This document shows positions 1 to 13,243 of a stretch of 64,000 nucleotides of DNA, piece after piece. The position numbers were made by a program, and so were the translations under genes. The first letter of the stretch is position 1, and each line of letters opens with the position of its first letter. The notes under the pieces are model-generated. The model was not told where the DNA came from and did not search any database. It was given only the letters and a program-made list of their open reading frames with translations. Source of the stretch: Lepidodermella squamata (taxonomy: Eukaryota; Animalia; Gastrotricha); the NCBI GenBank assembly GCA_047495785.1, contig JBLDXI010000007.1, positions 1,860,001 to 1,924,000 on the forward strand. Direction: 5' to 3'.

Positions 1-1703
1 ACTCGCCGGGTAAGGCGTTGCAACCGGGAGATTACGACCAGAATTTCTCGCAGAACGGCCCGTACGACCCGCATCGCGCCGATCACGTGTCGCAACAGCA
101 ATTGACCGAAATCGCTGCGGCGATGTTGAGTGCCTCGAACAGTATGGTGGGCAGCAATAACGGTAACGGCCATTTCAATCAACAGCCCAGGCAGCACATC
201 AGCCCGCCTCAACCCGGGCAGAGTGCTAATTCGCTGTCGCCGGCCACCCCGCCGCCATCCGCTGCGTCTGGCTCGACGCCGTTGATTCTGCCGTCGACAC
301 CCTCGCGAAACCAGTTGCCGCCGATGATGCCGCCGCAGTTGGCTGGTCTGCATCAAATGCAGCAGTTGGCCGCGTTTGGTTCGGCGAGCAAGCCGGTCGT
401 CAACTCGGCGATGAGCGACGTCTCGATGGCGCTCGGTTTGCCGAAAATCGACTCGGCGCTGAATCCTGATGTGCCGGTTTTCACGCCATCGACCCGCAAT
501 GATTCGAACTCGATGAACCAGGCTGTTGCGCCCACGAATAGCCTACCAGCTATGCTGCGCCAGCAACAACAGCAACAACAACAACAACAACAGCAGCAGC
601 AGCAGCAACAACATCAGCAACAGCAACAGCAGCATCAACAGCAACAACTGAGCAATTTGAACATTTCTCAGGTAAAAACTCGGTTTTTCTGATATTTTAA
701 GGTGGAATTTTTGAATATTGACATTTTTTAACGTTTTCTTTCTTCTTGTGTCTTACAGGCTGCTTTGAATCAATTGAGTCAATTGACTGGTATGGCTAAC
801 CAGCAACGTATGATGCAGCAACAGCAACAACAACAGCAGCAGCAGGCTCCTCATCAGCAGCAACAGCCTAGCCAGCCACAACCGCCTCAAATGCCGTCCC
901 ACTTTCAAATGCCAGCGCAATCTGCGCCCGTTCAAAACAACGATATGAACCAAAACAATCGAATTCCGCCGTGGTTTGCTCAGCAAATGGCGCCGCCGCC
1001 GACGCAGCAAATGGGCCCGTACGGCCGCGTGCCACCACCTCCGCCGCAACAGCAGCAGCCCGGTCCGAATTCAATGGACCAGTCGCACTTCGCGCAGCAA
1101 CAGCAGAACCAGTTCAACGCGGCTCGCCACTTCCAGCAACAGCAGCAACAACAGCAGCAACAACAACCGCCGCAGCCACAACGGTCTAAACTCGGCGATT
1201 TCATCGCACCAGGTGCGCCGGGCTTCATGCCTCCGTTTGGGCCTGGCATGCCGCCGCCGCCTGATTTCGCCGGGCCGGCTATGCCATCTCCAATGAAGTT
1301 CGTCGACTCAACCGCAGGATCGAATAAAATGGCGGATTTCTTCGCCATGTCGCGGGGTCGTCCGATGCCGCAAATGCCGCCGCCGCATCAAATGCCGGAA
1401 CCCGGCTACGGAATGGACCAGCAGCAGCAGGTTCCGCCGCAGCAACAGCCGCCAATGTGGTCGGGCGACGGCTCAGGGCTCGGCGGGATGCAGTCGCCCT
1501 TCGATTTGAACGCAGCTGATGCCCTCGGTCGCTATGGCATGGGCATGCCGTCCCACATGACGGGTAGGGTGCCTCAGCCTCAACAGCAAAATAATATGAT
1601 GTTCGATTTGGGCCGATCGGTCGATCAGGTATGACATTTGATCCATCAAATTGCATTATTCTTTAATTGCTGTTTTTTAATTCAGCAGTGGCAAGACAAC
1701 TAA
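1..1703 (+). CDS. 3' part of a Gln/Pro/Met-rich low-complexity protein with a PAM2-like motif; exons <1-671, 759-1628, 1686/1689-1703
   Basis: ORFs 18-692 and 765-1634 join in phase 0 through a GT(672)..AG(758) intron. Last exon follows the tandem acceptor TTCAGCAG and reads (Q)WQDN*. Long polyQ tracts and the motif SALNPDVPVFTPS. The gene starts upstream of the window. Confidence 0.75.
561..647 (+). repeat. CAA/CAG trinucleotide tract encoding polyQ (more tracts near 815-845 and 1134-1166)
   Basis: Mixed CAA/CAG/CAT codon run visible directly in the sequence. Confidence 0.9.
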
Positions 1704-3780
1704 GTCGGGTCGGGTGAATGCCAATAAACAAGTTTCTTTTACCTGGTTCTTGCGGTAGTAATCAACAGCTGAAAAGGAATTGCATACTAAACAACGTTTT
1801 CTTTGTTCAATGCTAATCGTTCTCCAGTGGAATTATAAATTCTCTCTTTACGTTGTTATATTTTCTTTCTCTCTCTCTTCTCTCTCTCACGTTGGCGGGA
1901 TACGTAGAAAGCACACGAAACAGTGACGCGTTGGATCTTATCCGTTCATTTCACTATAATGATGCTCTAGTTGAGTTGCATGCGGTTGAACGACGACAAA
2001 AACGTTTGCTCGATTTCTTCTTTTATTTCAAAAATACGATGATTATGTATAAGAGCCTGATTTATCGATAAAACCTTGTATCAAATCAAAGATGCAGTGG
2101 TAATTAAAATTACCCCAACATACCGCTAGTTATACAATACACGAAACCATATTATCAGAGGATGCTAGTGATTAAACTATTGACGACAAAATTCAATCGT
2201 GGTTGCGATTCGGCTGTGGCTGCAAATTGTTGGTTTTAGAATCAGACGTCAGCATTTTTGTTTTTCTTTGCGCAAAGTTGCTTCTTCTTAAATTTTCTTC
2301 TTTTCTTGATTATCTTGCATCATTGTGCTTTTATCGCAGCCTTATCACGTAATTAACTGTCTAATATCGATTCGATGATTGCTTGCTTTATTATAATTAT
2401 TACCACTGTCGTTATTACTCGCTTTCTTTATTTCCTACGTTATTTCATTCGAAAAATTATTGAATTACACTACCTATATTGTTGGCATTTAAGCGGGAAT
2501 TAATTTTTCTTCTTTTATCCAAGTCGCAGAAATTATTTCTATGTTAAAGAAAGAGCTTCGAAATTCATTTCTTTTTTTTCTGCTTTCTATGATGGAGTGT
2601 TGTGTTGCGTTTGGTTCAATGATGAGGCAAGTACATGAATCATTCAGTTCTTCCCCGCCATAATTTTGTCGCTAAAATTCGTGAATTTTGATACGCCGTT
2701 GAAAAGACATGATAGAAAGAAGCGTATATATACGACTCTAGTTTTGGATAATTCTATCGCGATTATTGGTGAAAAGTGATTAATTAGGGATTTATTATTC
2801 AAAATACTACTTTATATACTGTGTTTATTCGGAAGAGCTGCCTTAACGCAGAGGTCGTGGCTAGATGATGATGATTATGTTGTATTGTAATTTGAAATGT
2901 TTTTCAGAACTTCGTTCTCTTCTTTTTTGCCGATTATTATTTCTCGTTCCAACAATTTCTTCTTCTTCAGCAACCAACCCGCCACATACAAAGAAAACTA
3001 TATTAACGCGAATGTATAGGCGTATCCCCGATCCAACACTTTACCGCAATGTACATTGAGTTTTTATTAACGTTAATATTATATCTATAGCTAACGTTGA
3101 CCTTGGGAAAAAATGAATATAGAGTGTAAATATATCTCATGACTGATGATGATGTTGAAGATGAGTTTTCTCTCGCTGATCGTTGTAAAAAATATTTCGT
3201 GTACAATTTGTGCGCGCGTCAGTGCATTGTTGCAATGCCACCACACCATTGTGTACAAACGGAGATGTTTCTCTATATATCTCTCTCGCTCTCGATAATA
3301 AACGAAGGAATGAATTCGCTGTGTTAGTGGTTTTGGTCAATGAGGAATAATTAATATGATCGATGATGATTATTGATAATGGTCCTTATGTTGATTGATC
3401 ATAGCAACTTCGCATTCTTCTAAATCATGTGTAAATACGGTATATCACTTATCCAGTATGATCGAAAGCATACTGATAATACACAATAACAAATAAACTG
3501 GCTCGTGTGAGTTAAATTCAATGTTTTGTTTTGACCGAAAAGAAATTACAGTTTGGTTGAAATTGAGACCGTTTATTCCCGCATTGGCCGAGTCGAAATT
3601 CGACAGGAATTCACAGACAACTCTCCATCCAAAAGCACGTGTCTCTACAGTAATGCGTGGTAATTATGGACGAAGCATATTATATTTTATAACAGCAGAG
3701 CATCTGTCTGAAACTCGATCTGAAGATCGGGTAAGAATCAGGAATCGTGTAATCAATACCCCGAACCGAAGAAGCTCATA

Positions 3781-4062
3781 GTAGTAGGTTAGTGCTGTCC
3801 CCTTTCGGGCGGACTGCCTCCTCGCACATCCGTCTCCGCAGGTCCCGTTCCCTGGCCGAGAACTGAGCCGAACACCCCGCTCAACCCCATCTCACGCAGG
3901 TCGTTTTCAATCGTGACCCGCCAAGTAGTTATTGGCCGCCCGACAGCCCGTTTACCCTGTGGCGTGGCCGAAGGGCTACTCGGGGAGTGCGCCTGTCCTA
4001 GCCAGCGCAGTCGGCGGAGTCTGATGTCGGCCGATATTGGCCGGCATTTGCAGATGCGATGG
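3781..4062 (-). mobile_element. 5'-truncated, degenerate RTE-clade non-LTR retrotransposon copy (C-terminal ORF fragment plus short repeat tail)
   Basis: Minus-strand translation from 4061 is HRICKCRPISADIRLRRLRWLG...TPQGKRAVGRPITTWRVTIENDLREMGL, matching the RRLRWLG / GKRxxGRP / W..TIExDL motifs of RTE C-termini. It ends in a CTACTACTAT tail and is flanked by direct repeat AGCTCATA at 3773-3780 and 4063-4070 (target-site duplication, TSD). Not in the ORF track because it has no start codon. Confidence 0.85.
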
Positions 4063-4498
4063 AGCTCATAACCCTAGCTTTATTCACCATAATATTCTTC
4101 ATAATATACTCAATAGCGGAAAATCATTTTCCGAAATGGCTGAATCAACGATAGAAGTCATCTCATATGTAGCAGATTATTCTAAAAGGAAAAACGTGAA
4201 GCCATGCCTTCGTGCATTCATCCGGAGCGCTCCTGAATCATTTGTGTTGGATCAGAATTATGCCTATGATTTACAATAATCTTCAGTGAAAAAGCGTGAA
4301 TTCGGGCCATTTTCAAATCTAGGATTTCAAATATCATTTTACGGTCTAATTTTCTCCCCGAATTCTTTTCGCGTGTCGTAATTCGGATGCTATTCGGGGG
4401 TTAGCAGACCTACATTCATGCCTTTTTTCTTGTGTGTCTCTTATATTATGTTGTAATCGAGTTTCAGCTATTAGTCCGGCACCGCTTTTAAGCGGTAT

Positions 4499-5374
4499 CT
4501 AAAAGCGATCCGTATTTGGTCGTTCGGCAATATATTGGGCAATTGCAGGAATTTCTTCAATTGACTTGGCCAATGTTACAAGACTTGGGTACTCCGATTC
4601 GATGAAACCAGCCAGACACTTGACGTAATCTTGACAACCACGAAGAAACCCGGCGACGCAAAAATCAGCCCATGTTAGCTGCGCGATGAATGAATCATAC
4701 AATATAAAAGGATATTGTTCAAGTATTCCTTACTTGATTTCCAACAATATACTTGCCGCCATTTTTGACAAGGCGCTTTTCCAATGCACCGAAAACTCTG
4801 GGATACTCTTCAGTTCTGAGTGATTCAATTGTCGTTTGCTTGAAGTGCTCGTCATCGCTGTAGTATACAGGCACAGCTTTGTTGAAAGGCTCCTGCAGGA
4901 CGTCGGCGATTTCATCACAGAACGCTGCTTCGAATTCAGAAGAGCCGCACAAACCTGAAAAACAGTATTAGTTGTTGTCAGTCGGAAGGCAAAAGACTTC
5001 ATTCACCGAATCGTTTCGCCAGGAAACGAGAAATCGCCAGAGTTTGAGCTAATCTATGTGTGGTGCCATTCTCGGTAATCTCCAGGACAGGAACTTCCCC
5101 ATATTCGTAGAGAGAGAATGGAACTGAAAGGGGGAATTTTTCGATTTACACTGGAACTCTCACACGGGACACAGGGCTTACTTGTCGGGTCTTTCGCCAC
5201 CCATTGTGGAATAGAAAATCTGTAATCCTCGAACTGAACACCAGCGTAGTGAAACAAATATCTGATGGCTTCCGCCCGGCCGCGACCCTAAATCAAGCAA
5301 ACATATTTACAATTCTCGCTTTTTCAACCCTGTTAAGTTACCTCGAAATAATGTAGCTTGTATTTGGTAGACAT
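4499..5374 (-). CDS. Glutathione S-transferase, sigma-class-like (5 exons)
   Basis: Spliced product MSTKYKLHYFE|GRGRAEAIRYLFHYAGVQFEDYR...VPVLEI...LAQTLAISRFLAKRF|GLCG...GNQ|LTWADF...IAQYIAERP. These are the typical GST N-domain, QTxAI and LTWAD motifs. GT-AG introns of about 55 nt. Confidence 0.9.
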
Positions 5375-7018
5375 TATACGTATGAGAATAACTAAAAACA
5401 CAGGCCTTGAGCACGTTATACGTCAGGATCTTTATAGAGAAAACGTATGGAGAGTGCAGCAACTGATGCATATATGAAAAAAAAAATATCGAGGGGTGGG
5501 TGCCATAGAGTACGGCCTAGAGAATTAAAACAAATGGCGTAAAAGTAGCTTTCTTCATCTTCCCCAAGTCATTCGCGCGTCTGGTCGTTTAGTTCATACG
5601 CCATTCTAAGCGAGTCGTTACGGCGCCCACCCCGCGATATGTGGGGGAGCATGTGTTGGAGATTAGAAATATCACTAGCTGGGGAGATCAGTGGGGAGAT
5701 CAGTGATCATATTTACGTGATAACAGTGCTAGAATGAAATCCCAGCGAAAAAGTGCTTGGCCGAACATGCTTTCAGCCAATTTTTGCTGTTTGGGCCCAC
5801 ACAGCTGACCCACTAGATATGAGACACCTACTTTCTAACGTCTAACCTCGTTTTACTCAGAATTCTATGGTCTACACAATGTCGCATATTTTGCAGATGT
5901 GTCAAAATCGATTTGTGACATCCGAATTGATTTCCTCAATGAATTCTAAGTTGGGCACTTATGCCGTGAGATCATAAGCATAAACATAAGCCTACTAATG
6001 GGAAATTGAGCAGCCAAAGGTTTTTTCTTTGTGGAAAGGAGTTGTGAGTTGGAGACCAAAGCGGCCAATGGACTTGGTTCCACATCCCCTAAAAACACTG
6101 CGATTAAGTCTATCAAATTTATTATTTAATACTCTGTTAAATTGGTATCCTATCAATATTTTCAACGAAAAATAAATAATTTGAATTTGTTTCAATAACC
6201 TTCGCCGTGAATTTGTTGCGGGCACTTTTTGAGCCTCGAAAAACTCAGCTGACTTTCTGCGGTTTGCCCTGAACCCTGAACCCTGAACGTTACCTGGATC
6301 ATTTGAATTTGAGTTTCATTTTACCGTAGCCCCCTACGCATTTTGCGCACCCTCCTTTCCAGAACCTCATTCGCGGATTTTAGATTGAAAATAGATCCAC
6401 GTGTGTTGCTGCTATTGTAATTTCACTGTCAGCAAAATTCCCCGTCATTTATACCTCAATTTAGCCAATTTTAATAGTACTTCCCTTCGAGATGATGCTT
6501 AGTTTTATATTTTTCTTCTGTTGCCCGAGTGGGAGGATACATTTTTATATATTAGAAATTAAAATGGTAAAAGTTGTCATTCCGAAGGAGTACTTGATAC
6601 ACACCATGACTGTTTGGTTCGCAGCCAATGGCTAACACTGTGGTTGCTTTGGGGCTCTTAATGCGACTTGAAGTGATAGAGGATAGATTAGTCGCCTTTG
6701 AAGATAGCTGGATCGCTCATACTTTTGACATTGATGCTTTGATTGATTTTGAAAGTTTGGAAGAGAAATTTCTTACGCTCTTGGCGATCTCACCCCGGCA
6801 GTTATGAAACAGGATGTAACTCGAGCTGAATGAATGAAGTGATTTTTACATATTGTTTGAATTTCTCATGGTACCTAGTTATCGTTAAAATCCTTTTATA
6901 CCATTCGTTGATACTTGATAGCGACATGGATAATTGAAATTCGTGTTCATCGCTTCATGTTGTGGGGTATTCAAGTGAAATTGTATATTTTCTTACTCTA
7001 GATATACCCGTGTTTTTG

Positions 7019-7948
7019 ATGGTCACATATGTTCGGCGCCCAACTTGCTGCAACAGTCCTTATGTTCCGACCAGGAATGAACAGATTGCAAATATCTTAA
7101 CACACGGGGTAAGTAATATTCCTGTGATTAAACATATATTGCAACAGGGTTATTTTCTCAAAAAGTTATGGATCGTACCGACCACTGTATCGGTATTGCA
7201 TTTGATATCATTGGCGCGTGATAACGGTGCTCTATTTCCGGTAACTATTTATGGCATATCCCTCATACTGCTCTTTCTGGTGTCGACGGTGTTTCATGCT
7301 GTGTCATTTTTTGCCAGCTATGATAGGTAAACTCAGTCATGAAAAATGAATTTATTTATATGGTATTTCTTCAGTAAATGGCGATATTTCTTGCACCTGT
7401 CAGATCGAACGATGATTTTTATTTTCATTGCCGCATCTTACTCGCCTTGGATTCAGCTTAAAGAGCTCGATGAATACGCAACATATCCGTTGAGCTCATC
7501 ATTCGCGAGGTCACTCTTCATGTGGGCAATTTGGATTTTTGCATTTCTCGGTGTTTTGTATCAATATACTTTTTACGAAAAATACAAGCATAAAGGTATG
7601 TGTTAATGAAGCCTTTGAATATATTATATAAGCGTGTATTTTCAGAAACTTTGATTTATGTTACTGTTGGCTTGCTACCCGCGCTGACTTTGCTCTTCGT
7701 GCTGGCCGACATGTCAGGAATATTGGAACTTTCCCTAGGCGGGGCAGTATACGTTATTGGGCTATGCTTTTTCAAATTAGACGGACGAGTACCATTTGCT
7801 CATGCGATTTGGCATGTGTTTGTCATCCTAGGTATGAAATTAAAAAATAGTTCAATATTATGTCATCTATGTCGCATTTTCAGGTTCCCGCATTCATTAT
7901 AACGCAATCGAACAGTATTTGGTTCGACAATCAATAAGTGTGAAATAG
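7019..7948 (+). CDS. MMD: MMD/MMD2-like PAQR (hemolysin-III family) membrane protein, 5 exons
   Basis: EQIANILTHG, LFLVSTVFH, DRTMIFIFIAASYSPW, FFKLDGRVPFAHAIWHVFV and a last exon IHYNAI match the MMD/PAQR10-11 pattern. Start ATG position is inferred. Confidence 0.88.
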
Positions 7949-10900
7949 CTCGGCATTTGCGGTCATTAATTGCTACCCGATAAGAATTCAGCCGTGTGAA
8001 TTTCTGACATTTGCTATTTTCAGATCTCCCTCAAGTTGTGAATGAGGATTCATAAATTACATGATTATAGATGCGAAACTCTTTCTATTGCGCTTAGTTT
8101 TCCACATCGCTTTATTTTTTTCTGGTCAGTCGCTTTTGTCTGGTTTGCGGAAAAACGAAGTCATGACATGTTTTTATTTTGTCCAGTTATTCGCACAAAT
8201 TATTTTCTTTCTACCTGATACTGCGACAACAGAGTGATGATGACGAAAATCTTCCTATCGAACCTGGAAGTCGAGTATTAATTCACTCTCATTAGTTTGC
8301 CTACGCACGATCGATGCGCACGTTTTATTTGTACGTCTGCGCTCTGATCGGTATGTTTTAACGAATGATGTATGTGCGTGCATGTATGTGTTTGTATTTC
8401 TCAAGTCCTGCGCAATGTCAAGGCCCATCCGGGGCATTCGGTGCAAAACATCTATTTTTCACCAATTAAGTGATTGCTTATTTTTAGTCCCAACTTGTTA
8501 CCTCGTTGGTCTTTGATTTCGGGTTACTACGCACAGTTAATTGTTCTTTCCCTCGTTACGTTACTACACCCGTCGTTAGCTTCCAGTTATTTTGTGCCAA
8601 AATTGTTGCCAGCAAGCAAAATTTTTATTATTGCTCCATTATTTTACGCGGAGGTGGTGCGATTTCTTGATTTTCAATATTCTAGTTTACCCGTGTCTTT
8701 TTATCGATTGAATTGCTCGAATAATAGCTAGTATATTCTCCTGCACGGTTCTATTGACTCATCGTTCGTTTCTGTAAATTGTTTTATTTATTCATGATTT
8801 TACCCTGTTTATCCATCTTCCGGTCTTTGTGGTGCTACCCGTGTGCTAGTCAAGCGGCAGAGGAAAATCAAATAATACTAATAATCGAATTCACCGGTGT
8901 GATGTCTCAAAAATGTTGTTGGGTTTCTTTATTTCAGTATTTATGCCTCATCTTATTTTTGTACTCGGCGAATGATGATGATGATGTAGTTTTTGCTAAT
9001 TTATTATTAATTAATTATTATTTACAACGGAATTCAAATAAAAAACGAGTTATTGGTTTTGAACCATGATGTTTTTTCGCCCTGCGTCATCCCGCATTGG
9101 TACACGCGTGAGCTCAGCTGCTACGCGACGTCATGAAAGGCGGTCTTTCAACATCGTCCAGCGCCTAAAAAACCCGCCGGCGTTTTTCAGGACAGCAATT
9201 CTAATGAATGAAATGAATAAAATTGGCATCACTCCTATTGGCAAATTATAAATTTTGGCAGGAATTTTCTCGGCGTAAAAAATAAGGTAAATAATAAAAT
9301 GGCGCACAACCCTGGCAGCAGCAGCAGCAGCCGCAGCCACCCTAAAAAATATAGGCGGCCGAACTAATGGCAACCACGCACGCGGAACAGCCAGCTAACA
9401 CCAAAAACGTATAAAATGCGTTTGGTATACAATGAATAGAAAAAAAACAGAGAGCTCAAAATGAGCACGATGTAGGTAATATGCCCGCATGCATAGGCGT
9501 ATAATAAATACCCTTATGCATGCTGCTATCCAATACATACCATCACTCAATAACAGCGATAAGTAATGATACTATGCTGCCGGACTTGCCTGATAACTGA
9601 CTCATCATGGACAACAAAACACGAAAAATCACAAGAAACAAACGGCTTTATTTTTTTCAACGCCGCTACATCTTTCAGTAAAACAAGTGTATATATATTT
9701 AGATTTTTCAATATATATATATTTGAATTTATATATATTTTTCTTTCTCCAATCATCGATGACTTGAATGATTTGCCGACGACTGCGACCTCATCATGGA
9801 CAAAACAGAAGTTGAGTGATAGTATCCACCGAAAATTGATGCACATAAATGATTTTTTCGCGCCTACTACGGTTTGCAAATTTTTAAAGAGGGTTACACA
9901 TTGCTAAAGAAAAACAACTTAACAGCGAGAGATAGCGAGAGAGCGAAACTGAATTAGAAACATTTACGTAATTTGATCGTTCACCGGTCATGTCTCACAA
10001 GACAGACGACTCGACGTGAGAGATGATTAAGAGGCTTTGTAAAGAAGACACTAATCGGACGAATCATAAACATTAAAAATCAAGAGGACACATGATTCAT
10101 TGATATTATTACATAAAATATAACAAAATTATTCAGTTTCAAATCATTGATAGCAGCATTGGAAAAGCGGCGTTTAAAAGCCTGCTGTGAACAAGGGAAG
10201 TGGTTGAACTTTGGGAGCTAAAGTTATGTCTGGGCGAGGGCTTTCATTAGACCCATTTAAAGAGAATACTTAAAAATGAACCTCGCTTAACAACAACTTT
10301 CTGTTATTTCTCAGTACGATCGCCGATAACCATTAAAACAAAGGTTATAAGTTGTCATATAAAACAAAAAGCTCTTCCGAACGCTGAGTCGACAAGTTGT
10401 TCCACACAACACACCTGGAAATGTGAAGCAGTTTTACCCGCAGCTTTGATGACTACAGTATTACGCAAACAACGATTGCAGAGCTACCGAGAGAGCTTAT
10501 ATAAGGTTGTGTGATCAACGATAACAATGAGAAAACTTGCCTCTCCACATAAGAGACCGTTGCATGAAAAACTAAGGGGCAACATTTCGCAGATATGACA
10601 TACCCCTAAATAATTGCTAATTTCTCTATGAGAGTTTCAGCCTTATAAAGAAATTATATGACGCGCATAGAAAGGAAAACAAGAACTGAAGAAAAGAACG
10701 AAATAACACAGACATGAGACAGTGTCGTAGTGAGAAAAATGTGCTTCTATTTACAACGATCTAACGTTACAACTCCTTCGCTCCGCAGAACATCAGTTCA
10801 GTTCTGTCCATCATCCAGATTAACAATTTCCAACATCTACATGGATAAGAGCTGATCGATGTTCAGGATAACTTCCACATCTTCATTTTTCAAGTCTTTT

Positions 10901-10968
10901 ATGAGGTACATAGTTTTTTATATATAGGCTGGCCACTTTATGAGCGTCAGACGCACTGGTTTAATGAT

Positions 10969-11435
10969 TTATGGTGACATTGAAAGCGGAGAGGGAGCTG
11001 GTTTCGCATTGATGCGACTCAAGTTGAGGATCAATGGGTCGAAAGATGGCGGAGTAGCAGGTGTATTGGAAGGGACGCAGACCTGTTGAGAAATGAAGGC
11101 ATAATTTTTCGAGAAACAATTCAATCTAATGAGCTCACTTGATAACCGGGTGGATGAATAGTATTGCACGTTTTGCACACGGGAAGAGTAGGAACTTGTT
11201 CGAAGAACATACTTAGAGCAGCCTGAAATTGACATGAATCAAGCAGGAGATTTTGAAAAGTAAAAAATTACTTGAGTATCCCATTTGCACACTTCCAGCA
11301 ACCGCCGAGCTTCGTCCTCCCGCATGCCGGTAGCATGCATGAACTAGTCAAAATAATAATATAATTAAGTATTAAACATCAAAAGTTGGACCTTACTTGA
11401 TTAATGATGATCATTTGGCGTTTGGCGTCTTCCAT
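10969..11435 (-). CDS. UBALD: UBA-like domain-containing protein (UBALD1/2, FAM100 family), 4 exons
   Basis: Manual splicing gives MEDAKRQMIIINQ|FMHATGMREDEARRLLEVCKWDTQ|AALSMFFEQ...GYQ|VCVPSNTPATPPSF, matching the UBA-like INQF..W...ALSxFF and PxNTPATPP motifs. Introns at 11344-11396 and 11223-11271. Confidence 0.88.
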
Positions 11436-13243
11436 TTCACCACTTGGATTCGGAACAAACAGTTATAGCCTAATCAAAATTAAAGGAAGGTAAAATGATT
11501 TGTCATTAGTCAACTCTGGATTAGAGTGAAGTATAAAAGGACAACGGTGGCGAAATATTCGGAAAGAAAGTTGTTCCTTGAGTAAATTTAAGAAAGAAAA
11601 AACCATAAAATGCAATTGAAGTACTTAAAACCCTTGCACGGAGTGCAACTGGCCTCGTGCCAAAAACTTGGAACCGAGCCAAATAAAGAAAAATATGAGT
11701 AAATCTTGAAAGCAAAAGATAAAGACAGTTTGGCTGTATTTCCATATAAGCAAACTCAAACGAGTGATGCTACCGGTTGCCCATGAGCACATATGGCATC
11801 ACCAAGTTGGCAACAATAATCACTGGGCTGATTACACCCGATTTTGACAGTGAGGTTGCCAGTCGCACTCTGCCGTACCGCCGGCTTTTCTTTGTTGTTC
11901 TTTGTTCTTTAATAGGCGTTTTTTGTTTTTCACGTTATTTATTATTCGATATTCCATAATTCGATTTTGCCCGATAAATTTGGCAAAAAAACATAACTTT
12001 TATTCCGCTATGAGTCAGCTGCTGACCTTCGCATTTTGGCAGGGCTTCAGCACCGGTAGATTTGATCCCGCGACTGAAGACTGAAATGCCAGGTAACTGT
12101 CAGGCGGCAGCCGGGCGAACTGTCTCCCGCCTATCGCAAACCGCATGCAAAAACTCATGGTCAACGGATAGCTGCCTCAACTTATAGTTCAGTTGAGATT
12201 GCCACATAGCGTTGCTTCACTTTTCTCAAGAAAATCGGGGCCCATGAAATCGGAGGATTCCAAAAAGCTTGAAGCTTTTACAATGCGATACAGGTTTCGA
12301 GGAATGCATCGTCGATTTGGCTATCTGTTTTTAGGAAATTTCAGCTTATCAATTATGCTCATTTTATTAAAAATTCGCATCAAACTGGAAACCGTTGCAT
12401 GAGCACACAAAACCCTCGAGTGATGTCGTGGTAAGAAATTGTTCCCGAGGATTGCGCTGAGAAACCACCGAAGAGAGCGCTATTTAATTTTGTCGATTCC
12501 GTTAACTGTTCAACTTTCATTACCGGAAGAACCCACCTTGTAGCCGATCTATTTGAATTCAGTACTTGATAAGCAGTGCTCATCGAGCGAAAATGATTAT
12601 CCGCTCTTGATTGAATGCTATGCTCTCAGATATTCGGATGAATTGTTTCATATGTCGGCATGTTCCCTCTGACGTGAAACTAGTAGTAGAGCTTGGACAA
12701 AACATAATTAGTTCTTCTATAACAGCGCCAGTTGTGGTGATTCTTCGCAATGCCGTTATTTTTTTGCCCTGGGAAACATTCTCAGTCGGGTTTCCGCTTC
12801 CTTTTGATGCGCGGTTTTATCCAGTGACTCGAGTTTTTGCGTGTCAACGATTTCATTTGTCTGCCCTCCGTCTCAAAGACGCTCGCGGCGCGACAACCAC
12901 ATAACTATATAACTATAGTGTACGTTTGTTTTTCTGTATGTAGCCAGAAAATATAAAACAAGAGGTAAGGCGGCAGAGAGAGGTACATTATTAAAATTAG
13001 TTTGTCATTCACATGCTTTCGTTAGCGGAGATCATTTACGATTATCAATTATACAACAATCAATTATATAAATTATAAACAATACAAGCTATCAATTGCC
13101 ATCGGAGATCGTTTAGTTTAGCCGCGGTCTAGGGTAGATAGCACGTTTGACTGTATGTGTTTTGTAGTTAACAATAAGTATCCAATATCCTCTACTCCTC
13201 CTGCTGCCATTTTAAAACTCTAGCGTATTTTTCTGTTTTATAG

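Noticed and set aside
3646-3672. TA|CAGTAATGCGTGGTAATTATGGAC resembling a MITE terminus
   Set aside because: No matching inverted partner found in the window.
3781-4040. Structured ncRNA (7SK, HDV-like ribozyme, RNase P/MRP) suggested by GC richness and small hairpins
   Set aside because: The conserved cores could not be fitted. The region is explained by RTE coding motifs, a repeat tail and a TSD.
6267-6287. (CCCTGAA)x3 telomere-like repeat
   Set aside because: Only three units; too short to support any function.
11775-11870. RFX X-box-like GTTGCC/GGCAAC half-sites between UBALD and CCZ1
   Set aside because: None forms a full consensus palindrome.
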